This document shows positions 38,770-49,006 of a stretch of 64,000 nt of DNA, piece after piece. Numbering within the stretch: position 1 is the first letter of the stretch; the number at the start of each line of letters is the position of its first letter. The notes under the pieces were generated by a model. That model was not told the origin of the DNA. It saw only the letters and a list, made by a program, of their open reading frames with translations, and searched no databases. The translations under genes were made by a program, and so were the position numbers. Origin of the DNA: a virus. Its lineage: Duplodnaviria; Caudoviricetes. The DNA is taken from the IMG/VR virus record IMGVR_UViG_3300021400_000128, positions 72,916 to 136,915 of that record, one strand, 5' to 3'.

Positions 38770-39525
38770 TCAATCTGTTATTTTTCTGAGAATTTCTGTA
38801 CCAAAGCTGTCATATTCGGCAATGAGCAGATAATCGTCAGCAAATTTATGGTAAGGTAATCCGTTATATCGCACGATATCAGCGGATACAACGATCTTAG
38901 CTCCATAACTTAGCTGTCCGCAAATTCGCATTGTGTCCGCATCTCGGATGTTCGCCGCATCACAGACAACCATACACACTCCACCATCAATTTTCTGTTC
39001 GTAAGATACCGGATTTGTATAGATTTGTTGAGATGGCACAAACACCGGGTTCATGGGCGGCTGCTGCATCACTGGCATTTGCTGAGTGTCAGGTATGTAG
39101 TCGATCACGGATTGCATGACGGTTTTCGGATCAAAGACCGTGCTGATTTTTCCTGCGTCCCGTCTTGCTTCAAAATGCAGATGTGGGCCGCTCGAGTTTC
39201 CTGTGCTTCCGGAATATGCAATCAAGTCACCTTTTTTAACTGGTTGTCCTTTGATACAATTGACCTTGCTTAAATGAGCATACACCGTACCAGAGCCGTC
39301 TCCGTGCAGCAGGACAACGTAATTACCATATCCGCCGGGTTCATATCCAACAGTTTGCACCCAACCATCCGCAGCCGCAAGAATGGACGTTTCCATCGGG
39401 CATCCGTAATCAATTCCTTTGTGAGGATTGGATTTTGTGTAATACGGTTCCCAAATTGCGCCATAATCTAACGTAATGGGATATTCACCGCTGAAAGGCT
39501 GTCTCAGTTGAATCATATGCGCCAC
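38770..39525 (-). CDS. M23 peptidase endolysin
   Basis: HKGID, GYGNYV, YAHL, GNSSGPHLHFE. Confidence 0.9.
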   Translation of the reverse strand: MAHMIQLRQPFSGEYPITLDYGAIWEPYYTKSNPHKGIDYGCPMETSILAAADGWVQTVGYEPGGYGNYVVLLHGDGSGTVYAHLSKVNCIKGQPVKKGDLIAYSGSTGNSSGPHLHFEARRDAGKISTVFDPKTVMQSVIDYIPDTQQMPVMQQPPMNPVFVPSQQIYTNPVSYEQKIDGGVCMVVCDAANIRDADTMRICGQLSYGAKIVVSADIVRYNGLPYHKFADDYLLIAEYDSFGTEILRKITD

Positions 39526-39527
39526 CT

Positions 39528-39908
39528 TTAACTATCGATCTTTAAATTCCACTTACTGGCTTTGTTCAAAAGGTTTTCATTTGACAGTTTTCGGAATTCA
39601 TCCAGGTTCTTATTTGCAGTTTCAAGACCGCCGTTATGAGTGCCATTCATCACGCAATACACAAGTTCATGATCCAGTTCTGACATAACCTGCATACCCC
39701 GAAGGAGGATGTAGTTATCGTATTCCCGTTCCTTCCGACCTTCTAAATTCTCTCTCCGGATTTCTTCCTGTTGAATTCTGAAAGCCTGTTTCATTTGGTC
39801 ATTAACGTTATTTGAAAACATTTTGAAAAGCCAGATAACCACAACGATCGCTATCGCACCAATAGCGACCAAAACAGATGCGGGTACGACCTCAATGATC
39901 TTGTTCAT
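39528..39908 (-). CDS. Single-TM lysis-cassette protein (holin-like)
   Basis: N-terminal hydrophobic helix; located between holin and endolysin. Confidence 0.6.
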   Translation of the reverse strand: MNKIIEVVPASVLVAIGAIAIVVVIWLFKMFSNNVNDQMKQAFRIQQEEIRRENLEGRKEREYDNYILLRGMQVMSELDHELVYCVMNGTHNGGLETANKNLDEFRKLSNENLLNKASKWNLKIDS

Positions 39909-40384
39909 GATTTTGCTTTTCCTTTTACTGCTTTTTTCACAGGCTCCTGGATAACAATTGGCTCCTCGATAACCGGAACTTCTTCCGTTTTATCATCATC
40001 GCCATTATCATTATTGAGCATTTCGATCTGATATTCATACGGATTTCCGTAATCGTTCATATCCTTTACAGCAGCTTCGATGTAAGCAACAATGATTTCG
40101 ATATCGAGCTTAATTCCCTTGGCTGCAAGATACTTTTCCACGACATTGATAGCGTAATTGAGTTTTTCGTGTCCGTGTTCGCCTCCGTACACCTGTTCAG
40201 CAGCAGTTACTGCTTCGCGACAGACAACCTTCAGGATTTCATACAGCTCCGGATTCTTATCCTTGAGCTTTTTGAAGATCTCAATTGCTTTACCGATTGC
40301 CCAGCTTGCCAGTGCAGCAGCAAGAATAGGAAGAGCCGCTTCTAATACCGCTTGTAAAACTTTACTTAAGAGTTCCATATTCAC
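39905..40384 (-). CDS. Phage holin, LL-H-like
   Basis: TM helix followed by AVTAAEQ...G.EKL.YA...IEAAV. Confidence 0.8.
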   Translation of the reverse strand: MNMELLSKVLQAVLEAALPILAAALASWAIGKAIEIFKKLKDKNPELYEILKVVCREAVTAAEQVYGGEHGHEKLNYAINVVEKYLAAKGIKLDIEIIVAYIEAAVKDMNDYGNPYEYQIEMLNNDNGDDDKTEEVPVIEEPIVIQEPVKKAVKGKAKS

Positions 40385-40483
40385 CTCCGCTTAAAATAAA
40401 AAAGCGCATCTTTTGTAGACACGCTTTCTTAGAGACTTTATCTAATTTTTATTATAACAGTTGTTTTCTATGTAAATAATTTT

Positions 40484-40807
40484 TCAATGCAATGTTTCAT
40501 TAGCCCATTTTTTTACAAACTGAGAAATCGGTAATCCTTCTGCATCTGCTTTATCTGCTATCTTTTTATGCGTTTCCCGATCCACCCAGATTGTTGTCTT
40601 GTCGGATTCAGGTTCTTTGTCAACCCGTACATCTTCGCCGAGCAGTGCTTTTGCTTGTTTGTCATCTATCGGATCTATATAATCACCAATCAGCAAAAAC
40701 CATTCTCGTTTCCGTGTGCGCTTTCTGTAAAGGATTCCAACACCAACATCAGCAACCTTTTCACTGGTTTCCGTGTCGTACAATTTCGTTCCGATGCGTT
40801 TTTTCAT
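40484..40807 (-). CDS. YDT-motif protein with C-terminal RHH
   Basis: MKKRIGTKLYDTETS...TTIWVDRETH..I...A...G.PISQFV. Confidence 0.7.
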   Translation of the reverse strand: MKKRIGTKLYDTETSEKVADVGVGILYRKRTRKREWFLLIGDYIDPIDDKQAKALLGEDVRVDKEPESDKTTIWVDRETHKKIADKADAEGLPISQFVKKWANETLH

Positions 40808-41111
40808 AAGCCTCTTTCTTTGCGGTAATTTTGCCATGCTCTTTCAGCCAGCAAATGTAATTTAACGTTATTATCAGTGCGAAATGGTCAATCTGGATTA
40901 TTGCAATCAGGCGGTACCACACTTGCTTGCATCGGATAGTTGAGCCTTGTACATTTATCAGTATTCGAGACTGATAATATCGTTGGAACGGACATTACAG
41001 CTTCGATTGCATCTTCTTCTGTATAATTTTCCATTCCCATGAAGTAATTGTATTTTTCAGTGCTCTTTCTAATAGCTTCGATCGCATCCTGACGACTAAT
41101 CAAATCATCGT

Positions 41112-41453
41112 TCATGCGGGAACCTCCTTATAGTATGCTGATGGTGGCCAGAAGCTCATGATAACGACATGAGCTTTGGTTTTGGCATCGTCGGCATCGT
41201 CCGCCCAGACATATACATCAGTGGAACGGCTTCCGCCGTTGTCGCGGAGGCAGTCAACATAACCGCCCCAGCGACCAACAAAGCCATTGTCGATTTTGCA
41301 GTCAAAGTCACGGTCACGAACCGTGAACCGTGCCACGTTGCCGTCAATGGTGCAGGGATAGACGGAGCCGACATTCCATCCGCCATCCCAGCCGTAGGAC
41401 ATTGAATAGTGACCACTCAAGGTCACGCAGAAAAGTTTTTTGTTGTCAATCAT
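41112..41453 (-). CDS. Hypothetical protein (higher GC than flanks)
   Basis: ORF with AGGA RBS. Confidence 0.55.
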   Translation of the reverse strand: MIDNKKLFCVTLSGHYSMSYGWDGGWNVGSVYPCTIDGNVARFTVRDRDFDCKIDNGFVGRWGGYVDCLRDNGGSRSTDVYVWADDADDAKTKAHVVIMSFWPPSAYYKEVPA

Positions 41454-41694
41454 ATTTCCTTCTATGCTTCACCGTGATACGGCTTACCATCCTTAGAAAC
41501 GCCACACCAAACGGTCTTGCCCATGTTGGTTGCACGGAAGCTGAACATCTTGACGGCATCGGAATACCGTTCCGCCTCGAAAGTCATCAGGACTTCAAGA
41601 CCGCGGGCATTGTCACGAACGTTGACGGTATAACCGCCGTTGACAATATCTTTTTCTGCTACGAGATAGTAAGTTTTCATCATAGTTATCCTTT

Positions 41695-42042
41695 CTATTT
41701 CCAAGATTTCGGCTTTACTGCATCAGCCATTGCTTTCAAAACAGATGACGTATCATCAGTTTTTTCAATGCGATCATACACATCATTCAAAGGTGTCCGC
41801 TTGTAGGCAATCAGAGTAATGTCATTGTCTGATTTTTTCACGATCTGAATCAAAGATTCAATTGCGTTGATATAACGCACTTTTATAGTATCAATCAAAT
41901 TGAAATCTTTATCAAAGATCTCATACCAAACTTGTTGAATGGTTCGCGTTGTGAAAATCTTTTGATAGCAATAAACGGCACCTTCCGGTAATTCATCTGC
42001 GGTTTTAATGCTCCGCATATTTTCATAGTCTTTTTTGTTCAT
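41695..42042 (-). CDS. Hypothetical protein
   Basis: ORF with AAAGGA RBS. Confidence 0.6.
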   Translation of the reverse strand: MNKKDYENMRSIKTADELPEGAVYCYQKIFTTRTIQQVWYEIFDKDFNLIDTIKVRYINAIESLIQIVKKSDNDITLIAYKRTPLNDVYDRIEKTDDTSSVLKAMADAVKPKSWK

Positions 42043-42101
42043 GTCATTATTCCTTTCTGAAAGTGATATTCGTCGTTGTTGTTTACATTATAATATAAGT
42101 T

Positions 42102-42234
42102 GTCAAGGCACATGACTTGTAGTTCCCAGAATTTCTGGAATGGTATTTTCCCCGCGTAAGCGGGGGCTCCCGAGCGGAGCATTTTCCCCGCCCACGCGGG
42201 GGTGACTCGAATCAAGTGCCTTGTGGATTGAAAT
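42102..42234 (+). ncRNA. Putative CRISPR-repeat-mimic RNA (I-C, II-C and two I-E-like units)
   Basis: ATTTTCCCCGC....GCGGGGG twice; TTGTAGTTCCC...ATGGTAT; GTC-AAGGCAC...GTGCCTT-GTGGATTGAAAT; TATAAT at 42089-42094. Confidence 0.65.
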
Positions 42235-42510
42235 GCAATCAAAACCTGATATGAGCCTGATTTTCAGGCTCGTATCATTTAATCACAAACTCCGAAAAAC
42301 CCAGATTGTGGTACAAGCCCATCTTCCGACTGCGTTTCTATAATAGAAAAAGGTGTGTACAACCTAAACATTTTTTCATTGTCGAAAATATCATTTAACG
42401 CTTCGGCCTTCCAATAACCATCCAAGAAAAATCTTGCTTCGCTCTTAGTAATTTCAATAGGTTTTGAATTTTCACTTTTCAGCGTTTTTATGTATTTCAT
42501 CTCACCCTCC

Positions 42511-42927
42511 TTATGCTTTTTCAGTGATACTAACCATCACACCGTTGACAACATCCTCGATTGTGTAACGGGGATTCGAATTATTCCACTTGTAACCTGT
42601 TTCGACATCAGTGAGCCATGTACCGAGTGCTGAAACACCGTAAGTGATGCGGTGGATTTCCGCCGGACCGGTTTGCTTGAAAAGCATCTTCTGTCCTGGT
42701 TCCTCTCCTACCCATTCGTGAGGGACAATTAAACCGATACCTTTGACTGTCTGGCCGAGGTCATTGCGATCATTATCAAAAAGCCAAGGCAGAACTTCGA
42801 TATACTGCTCTGCGGTTACTCCGTATTGCTTCCAGTTCTCAAATGCGCTGTAAGCACGGTGCTGTTTGTTACCTGTCTTTATTGCGTTGGTTACACTCTG
42901 AAAAGTTTTTTCGCTATAACTGTTCAT
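42511..42927 (-). CDS. Hypothetical protein
   Basis: ORF in operon with AAAGGAGA RBS. Confidence 0.6.
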   Translation of the reverse strand: MNSYSEKTFQSVTNAIKTGNKQHRAYSAFENWKQYGVTAEQYIEVLPWLFDNDRNDLGQTVKGIGLIVPHEWVGEEPGQKMLFKQTGPAEIHRITYGVSALGTWLTDVETGYKWNNSNPRYTIEDVVNGVMVSITEKA

Positions 42928-43424
42928 CTCATTCTCCTTTCGCGAATCTTTTATCTAAAGGTTCAATATCGCATTTTGAAAATGCTATGTACTCATCAAG
43001 ATCATCATTGTACAAAGCATACGTATCAATATGTACTGCACCGCCATATTCTCTAATATCTGCTTCAGCGTAATTATCAACAAATGTCTGCACTGCATCT
43101 GACAGACTTGATGTTTCGTACTGAATATCTGACAGATACAGTTCATTGTTTTCAAATTCTTCTTCTACCCAAATTCTTTTGAATCCATCGGTTGCAATCG
43201 ATTCAGTCGGCTCAGTGTAATTTCTAACGATAATTTTGTACATCTCATTATCCTTTCACAATTGTCCAATCTTTCGGGTCAAATTCACTCACCGCCCACA
43301 TATCATGCTTTCCTGCAAGATATTTTTCTCCACGCCATTCGATGACCTCAAGTGTATCATCTCCGCATTTTACAACATCACCTTGTTTGATTTCAGACCA
43401 ATCTTTCATCTCATCCTCCTTTTT

Positions 43425-43994
43425 TTATTCACCAAGCAAAGCATTGATTTCTGCAAGTCGCGCAAGAAGTTTTTCTTTTTCTTCTTCCAGTGCTTTGCGA
43501 TCAATCTGCTCTCCGACAATTTCCATTGTTACTTCGTCAGGAAGTTCGCATTCATCAAGAGCGGTTTTCGGAAGGCTCATCAGCTTCACAACACAACCTT
43601 CAGGAACAATTGTGTGCCAGTTCTTCACAGAACCGCCGCTTTTTGGAGCACCTTCCAGAAACATAACATCTTCACCGATACGAGCACCGCTGTCACGTCC
43701 TGATGCTGATGCAATCGTGCGTCCAAGTATTGTTACCGGACCATGCCAGATTGAAATTTCTTTGTCGAATTTCAGAATTACTTCTACTGTTTCCGAAACA
43801 GGATTGTCATCCTGTCCGTAGATGTTGCGCATTGCAGAACGCACATCTTCAACAGCATTTTCATTCACTGTCCAGCATTTCTGTGTTGGATTCCAACGCC
43901 CGCCGAGAAGTTTAATCCTCGCCACGAAGTCTGCATTATAAGGTGTGTACACTTGTGCCTTACCATTTTCTATTTTGATTTCAAAGTTTGCCAT
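43425..43994 (-). CDS. Phage hypothetical protein
   Basis: TPYNADFV..IK.LGGRW....KCW; ASASGRDSGA. Confidence 0.7.
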   Translation of the reverse strand: MANFEIKIENGKAQVYTPYNADFVARIKLLGGRWNPTQKCWTVNENAVEDVRSAMRNIYGQDDNPVSETVEVILKFDKEISIWHGPVTILGRTIASASGRDSGARIGEDVMFLEGAPKSGGSVKNWHTIVPEGCVVKLMSLPKTALDECELPDEVTMEIVGEQIDRKALEEEKEKLLARLAEINALLGE

Positions 43995-44451
43995 CTCGTT
44001 CTCCTTTCAATTACCGTCGTAACCTCCGTGGCAGGTTTGGGTTGATTTACTTTAAGTAAACTCTCATCGCCTGTAATTCTTGTTCGTATTTCCAATGACC
44101 TTCAAGTTTTGCTCTCCGTGCAACGTCGGCGTGCATCAAACAAAGTGATAATGATTTGTATGAATCAAATGTCGCTCCCACGAATTCATCTCTGAACATT
44201 CCCGGGATTCCAATCATGATATCGTCAACGCTTTCTGTTTTGCCTTCAACTGTAAATGTTCTTTCGATTGCGATTGAGTTTTCCATCTTTGTCATCCCCT
44301 TTTTTGCCTTTCTTGATTATAATTATATGCAAATCTATAGATTTGTAAAGAGAATTTTTTATTTTTGTTACATGGTTTCTGAAATTAATACAACAGCTTT
44401 AATAAAAAAAATCGGTATGTCTTCTACCGATTTTTTAAATATATTTGTGTT

Positions 44452-46494
44452 TCATTCCATGTGAAGTATATTTATTATTTTATTGATTGGCATTTTAAAT
44501 AGCCAATCTCGTATATCAAACTCATCATCTTTTCGTTTCAAGAACAAATATGCACGGAGCGGATGGTTCTTTACTGCTTCAGCGAAATCCTTTTGAGTGG
44601 CATACTCATTTTCGCAAAATGTTTTCCACTCATTTTCTGCATAATCGCAAAATGTTTGTATTTTATTCAGCACTGCATCGACTTTTTCTTTTTGTTCCGG
44701 GGCATATGCAAGGAAATCATCCAATTGATCGCTGCGAATCAGTTTGAGGATACGCTTTTCGGTCACAGCTCCGTTCATTCTGATATGAGCAGCAAGCAGA
44801 TATTCCGGAGACTTGACTTTAATCCGGTTTCCGAATAAGTCATTGACCACAAAGCCCTCCTCATCTTTACTCATCATCTGCGCAGCAGTTACCACGTCAT
44901 GCAAATTGCTGATATGATACACTTTTGGATATTGGATCCTTGCTTCCGGTACAAATTCAGGGGTATCAAAATATTCGGTTCCTGTTGTGGTTTCCTTTCG
45001 TGAAAGATAATAAATTCCGTCCTGATACGGAATGACGACCTGTGTCTCCGGTGATGTCAGTTCAAACATGTACGTCAGGTTCTTATCGAGCGTGCTGCCG
45101 AATGTCTGAATATCCGTTCCTAATGCTCTGACAAAAATATCGCCGAAGAATAATTCATCATCCTCACCGACCGGGGCTTCAAAGGCATCGATCGTCCCGT
45201 TTGTAGACAGATGCCATTGTCCGTTGTCATACCAGACTTTACACAACGATCCATCGACTTTTTCAGTCACTCTTGCGGTTTTCCAGTCAATATCAGCAGC
45301 ATACTCTTCACCATAATTGAAAAACTTATCAAAAGGACGGCAGACATAAATATATTTACCGTTATCATTTTTCAGGATACAGCCGCGAGCTTCCCGTGAT
45401 GCCACATAGCTCATATCTGTTGCGAATTGGTTGTACTTTAAAAGAATATAATGATATTTTTCATTAATTGTTTCACGAATTGTCAATGAGAATGGTGGAT
45501 TCTTTAGCCGTTCACGCCAATCAGCAAATGTATTCATCAGATCAATTAAGTGCATTGATTTGTATTTCGTCATTGATATCTGTCCTGTTTCATCTGCTTT
45601 TCTGAGCATCACGAGTTTATCATATAGTTCCGCTCCGTAATACTCAATAAAATCCACCTTTTTAAAAAAATCTCTGTACACAGCATCGTGATAATGGATT
45701 AACCTTGCAATATTCTTTGTGCGCTCTGATATGTCATAGCCATGAACCTTATCGCATAAATACAGATATGCGCTCACGTTTTCATGCTGATTAAAATGGG
45801 CTCCTTTTTCGTCTTCTGACCGTGTATAGTTTTTTCCAAGGTCATGATACCAGGCAGCTTCTTTCACATCGTCAGGTGCATTCATTGCATCCGCAGCTTT
45901 GAATACTAAATCCGTATGATGACCGACATTTTCAACGTGCCATTTTCCGGTCTGATCGATACCGTATAATTTTGGATACAGCTCATCAAAAATCTGCGTG
46001 TCAGTATGATTGTATGGATTATAAAAGACGATTTTGTTAAAACCTTCATGAAGTTCCGGCATAAAGAACGCTGACATTTGACGATATATCACATCCTGTG
46101 GTGTTTGCCTTTCACGGCTTCGCTGATTCTCAATCGCCATATTTGGCGGAGCCAGTATCGCATAACATTCCTTGTTAATTACAACGCCACGAACACGGCA
46201 CTGATTCAGTACGTTCCTTCTTGCTTTCCGGGATAGGTTTGTAGCATCCAGGATCACATCTTTTCCTTCTGTCAGAAATCCTTTCACTCTGCGATACGCT
46301 TCCTGAAATACTTTTTCCGGGTCTCTCTGGATACTTTCGTCACCAAACATTTCTTCACGGATTGAATCGGAGGATACGACACGAACATCGGATTTAGCAT
46401 GGACATCAAGATATTGATTGAGTAATGTATGTTTTACAAAGGTGGATTTTCCGCTGCCGGATATTCCAACCATAATAATCAATTTTGGCATCAC
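44452..46494 (-). CDS. Polynucleotide kinase - HD phosphoesterase - T4 Rnl1-like RNA ligase fusion
   Basis: GISGSGKST, DATNL; H...HT...HDLGK..H; KFFN, EKVDGS, EGFVV, KVKSPEY. Confidence 0.88.
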   Translation of the reverse strand: MMPKLIIMVGISGSGKSTFVKHTLLNQYLDVHAKSDVRVVSSDSIREEMFGDESIQRDPEKVFQEAYRRVKGFLTEGKDVILDATNLSRKARRNVLNQCRVRGVVINKECYAILAPPNMAIENQRSRERQTPQDVIYRQMSAFFMPELHEGFNKIVFYNPYNHTDTQIFDELYPKLYGIDQTGKWHVENVGHHTDLVFKAADAMNAPDDVKEAAWYHDLGKNYTRSEDEKGAHFNQHENVSAYLYLCDKVHGYDISERTKNIARLIHYHDAVYRDFFKKVDFIEYYGAELYDKLVMLRKADETGQISMTKYKSMHLIDLMNTFADWRERLKNPPFSLTIRETINEKYHYILLKYNQFATDMSYVASREARGCILKNDNGKYIYVCRPFDKFFNYGEEYAADIDWKTARVTEKVDGSLCKVWYDNGQWHLSTNGTIDAFEAPVGEDDELFFGDIFVRALGTDIQTFGSTLDKNLTYMFELTSPETQVVIPYQDGIYYLSRKETTTGTEYFDTPEFVPEARIQYPKVYHISNLHDVVTAAQMMSKDEEGFVVNDLFGNRIKVKSPEYLLAAHIRMNGAVTEKRILKLIRSDQLDDFLAYAPEQKEKVDAVLNKIQTFCDYAENEWKTFCENEYATQKDFAEAVKNHPLRAYLFLKRKDDEFDIRDWLFKMPINKIINILHME

Positions 46495-46838
46495 TCTTCC
46501 TCCTCTTCAAAATCGTCATCGTCCAGTTCAGAATCATCGTCTATATGAATTGCGTCGTGAACGATATCATAAATCATTGCGATGGTTTCACTGCGCTCTG
46601 CGTTATCTCTGTCCCTAATGATATCAGCGACCAGATTCCTGAGTGTGGAAAATTGAACCTCATCGATAATTTCATCATTCTCATCGTCATGTACAAAGGT
46701 GTCTGTGCGAATGATATCATAATTATCACTTTCCATATAAACATAGACCCGGAGCTGATACTGGTCAACAATTTCCTCGATCAACGAAGAAACTGTAGCA
46801 TACTCGAATTGACCGTCTCCATATTCTTCATCATCATC
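46491..46838 (-). CDS. Highly acidic hypothetical protein
   Basis: Very D/E-rich ORF overlapping the RNA-repair gene start. Confidence 0.55.
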   Translation of the reverse strand, partial: DDDEEYGDGQFEYATVSSLIEEIVDQYQLRVYVYMESDNYDIIRTDTFVHDDENDEIIDEVQFSTLRNLVADIIRDRDNAERSETIAMIYDIVHDAIHIDDDSELDDDDFEEEEE

Positions 46839-47373
46839 CATTCTTATCCTCCGCAGGGTAATATACAGCCTTCTTTTTAACAAGGTCGATATACTGGTTT
46901 AGTTCTGACATGGCAAAAGCGAATTTCTGAACATCCTCACTAACATTAGCCATTGCTTGAATGAATTGCCGTAATGTTTTGTTTTCGTTTACTGTTCGTT
47001 TTGCCTGACGGTTTTCAAGTTCAAGCTGATAAACCGTTCTTTGCAAATCTTGTACTTGTTCTTCCAGTTCGTTAACCCGATCCCGCAATTGCTTTTTGGT
47101 CATTTCCGGCTGGCTTGCATCAAGAATTTTGATCGTTATGACTGGCTTATTAGGAAGATTGATTTCCAACCGATTTTCATAATCGACCACAAAGCCGTCA
47201 TTATAAGATTCTCCGCTTGAAAAATAATCATGACCAACATATTCATCGTAGGCATATGATAGGTAGCTGTCAAATTTTAACGGTTTACCGTAAATCGCTT
47301 TCGCTATTTTCCATGCCTGGAGACTATCTTTTGCCTGAATTTCCATTTTTTCTGTTTGTTCGTTTGTGTTCAT
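46834..47373 (-). CDS. Coiled-coil hypothetical protein
   Basis: ORF in operon. Confidence 0.6.
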   Translation of the reverse strand: MNTNEQTEKMEIQAKDSLQAWKIAKAIYGKPLKFDSYLSYAYDEYVGHDYFSSGESYNDGFVVDYENRLEINLPNKPVITIKILDASQPEMTKKQLRDRVNELEEQVQDLQRTVYQLELENRQAKRTVNENKTLRQFIQAMANVSEDVQKFAFAMSELNQYIDLVKKKAVYYPAEDKNG

Positions 47374-47823
47374 TTTTTATCGCATTCCATTTCTCAAAAT
47401 CATGTCCAAGTCTGGCTCCGCAAGAAGAACAATAATGTTCATCCCTGGAATCAATTCTGTGACCGCAACATTGACCGTCATGATATTCTTCATCATTTTC
47501 CATTCTCAACCTCCACCAGCATATTGAAGTGTTGTTCTTCCTGAATTTGACATTTTAGAAGCTCACGATAATCCTTTAAATATAAAATAGCCTGCTCTGC
47601 TGCTTCTGTTGCCCATCTTGGGCCGCCTAAAGATATATCAAATAATCGGTCAATCACGTCATTAAGTTCCATCGTATGCTCTTGACGATTACTGAATTTA
47701 TTTAGATAATATAGGACATTTGATAGAGTGCCAGAATCGTCATCTTCAGCCTTTACTGAGACCCGACTAATCACATCTGTTAGTGTGAGTGTTGGTTGAC
47801 CTAACATACCTTTTTTACCTTTA

Positions 47824-48189
47824 TCACCATTCTCTCTCATTTATTTTCTCTTTCCTGCAATGCTCGTTCCACAAATCGATAAATTTTTTATCCTTCTCTG
47901 CGTCCCATTTTATCTTCCTACCACATTTCGGGCAGAAATTTTCTAATCCGTCCAACGTGTTTCCGCAATTCTGACAGTATGTTACAAAATTATCGTAATC
48001 ATATTGGGCGGGTATCTTTTCTTTACTTTGTCTTAATTCCTTCAGATATTCGAGAGCATCATCGTTCCGGTGAACATTGCATATCATTGAATCTTTGTAT
48101 TCATACGGGCAATCTTTGCACTTTGAAAAATCGCCTGTTCTGCATATATAAAATGCTTCAATTACTTCGTCAAGACTTAGTTCTGCCAT
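47824..48189 (-). CDS. Zinc-ribbon hypothetical protein
   Basis: CKDCPY; CQNCG...FCPKCGRKIKW. Confidence 0.65.
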   Translation of the reverse strand: MAELSLDEVIEAFYICRTGDFSKCKDCPYEYKDSMICNVHRNDDALEYLKELRQSKEKIPAQYDYDNFVTYCQNCGNTLDGLENFCPKCGRKIKWDAEKDKKFIDLWNEHCRKEKINEREW

Positions 48190-48992
48190 GGAAACTCCTG
48201 CTTGAAATCATCTCCCATCTGCTTTTGTAAGCTGTCTTTCATAAACAGAGGAATGTTGGCATTCTCGCACACTTCAGCAATCTTTAAAATCCATTCCTTC
48301 TTTGGTCTGACCTTGCCGACACGGTTACCGGTCTCTGCACCGACAATGATCCACTCAATGGAATTACCGACCAGGTCTCTGTGTTCCCATCCGGTGAATA
48401 TGTTTTCCTGGATCGGTTCGATGGACAGGAAGCAGTGATAACCGTCTTTGAAATACGGAGCAAAAAATTCACCTGTTTTATTCGTGATCGTTGTCCCATA
48501 CCAGAAATTATCACGTTTCGGTAGTTTTCCGCTTTCCTTCAGATATGTGTATCGCATCGGATTCTTTGTCAGGAAGAAATATCTGTGCTGCGGAGCTTTG
48601 TCACAAGCGTCAAAAACTTTCTGGATCCATTCGTCAGGTGTCCAATTTCCGAACAAATCAGCCATTGAACAGACAAATATATCCTTCGGCTCCTTCCATA
48701 ACTGCGGTTCACTTAGTTTGTAGGGATAGAAGGTCGGCTCAAATCCGAATGGATAAACAGCAGTCTGAATCTCACCGCTCTTTGTCTGTTTGGTCATCGG
48801 TGATTCAACCGTATAGATGTTTGTTCCTTTATACCCTGTGATAGAATATCTATGAAGATTTACTTCATCCTGGACATATCCGGCAAATCGATCCGCTATC
48901 CGTTTAGCATAACAAAATACACATTCGTGTCGGCAGCCTGTAACCGGATTCCAGCTTGAATCAAATGTCTCGATGGTTGTTGTCTTTCCCAT
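48177..48992 (-). CDS. DUF5131 (Gp37/Gp68) radical-SAM-like protein
   Basis: WNPVTGC...CVFCYA; FVCSMADLF; LTKNP; WIIVGAETG. Confidence 0.9.
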   Translation of the reverse strand: MGKTTTIETFDSSWNPVTGCRHECVFCYAKRIADRFAGYVQDEVNLHRYSITGYKGTNIYTVESPMTKQTKSGEIQTAVYPFGFEPTFYPYKLSEPQLWKEPKDIFVCSMADLFGNWTPDEWIQKVFDACDKAPQHRYFFLTKNPMRYTYLKESGKLPKRDNFWYGTTITNKTGEFFAPYFKDGYHCFLSIEPIQENIFTGWEHRDLVGNSIEWIIVGAETGNRVGKVRPKKEWILKIAEVCENANIPLFMKDSLQKQMGDDFKQEFPWQN

Positions 48993-49006
48993 TTTTATCT
49001 TTCCTC

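Noticed and set aside
42145-42209. Conventional type I-E CRISPR array
   Set aside because: There are only two non-identical units 36 nt apart with no ~32-nt spacer; treated as repeat mimics instead
42039-42242. 67-aa minus-strand ORF
   Set aside because: It is an antisense read-through of the repeat-mimic RNA (TPAWAGK/APAYAGK are typical translated I-E repeat artefacts)
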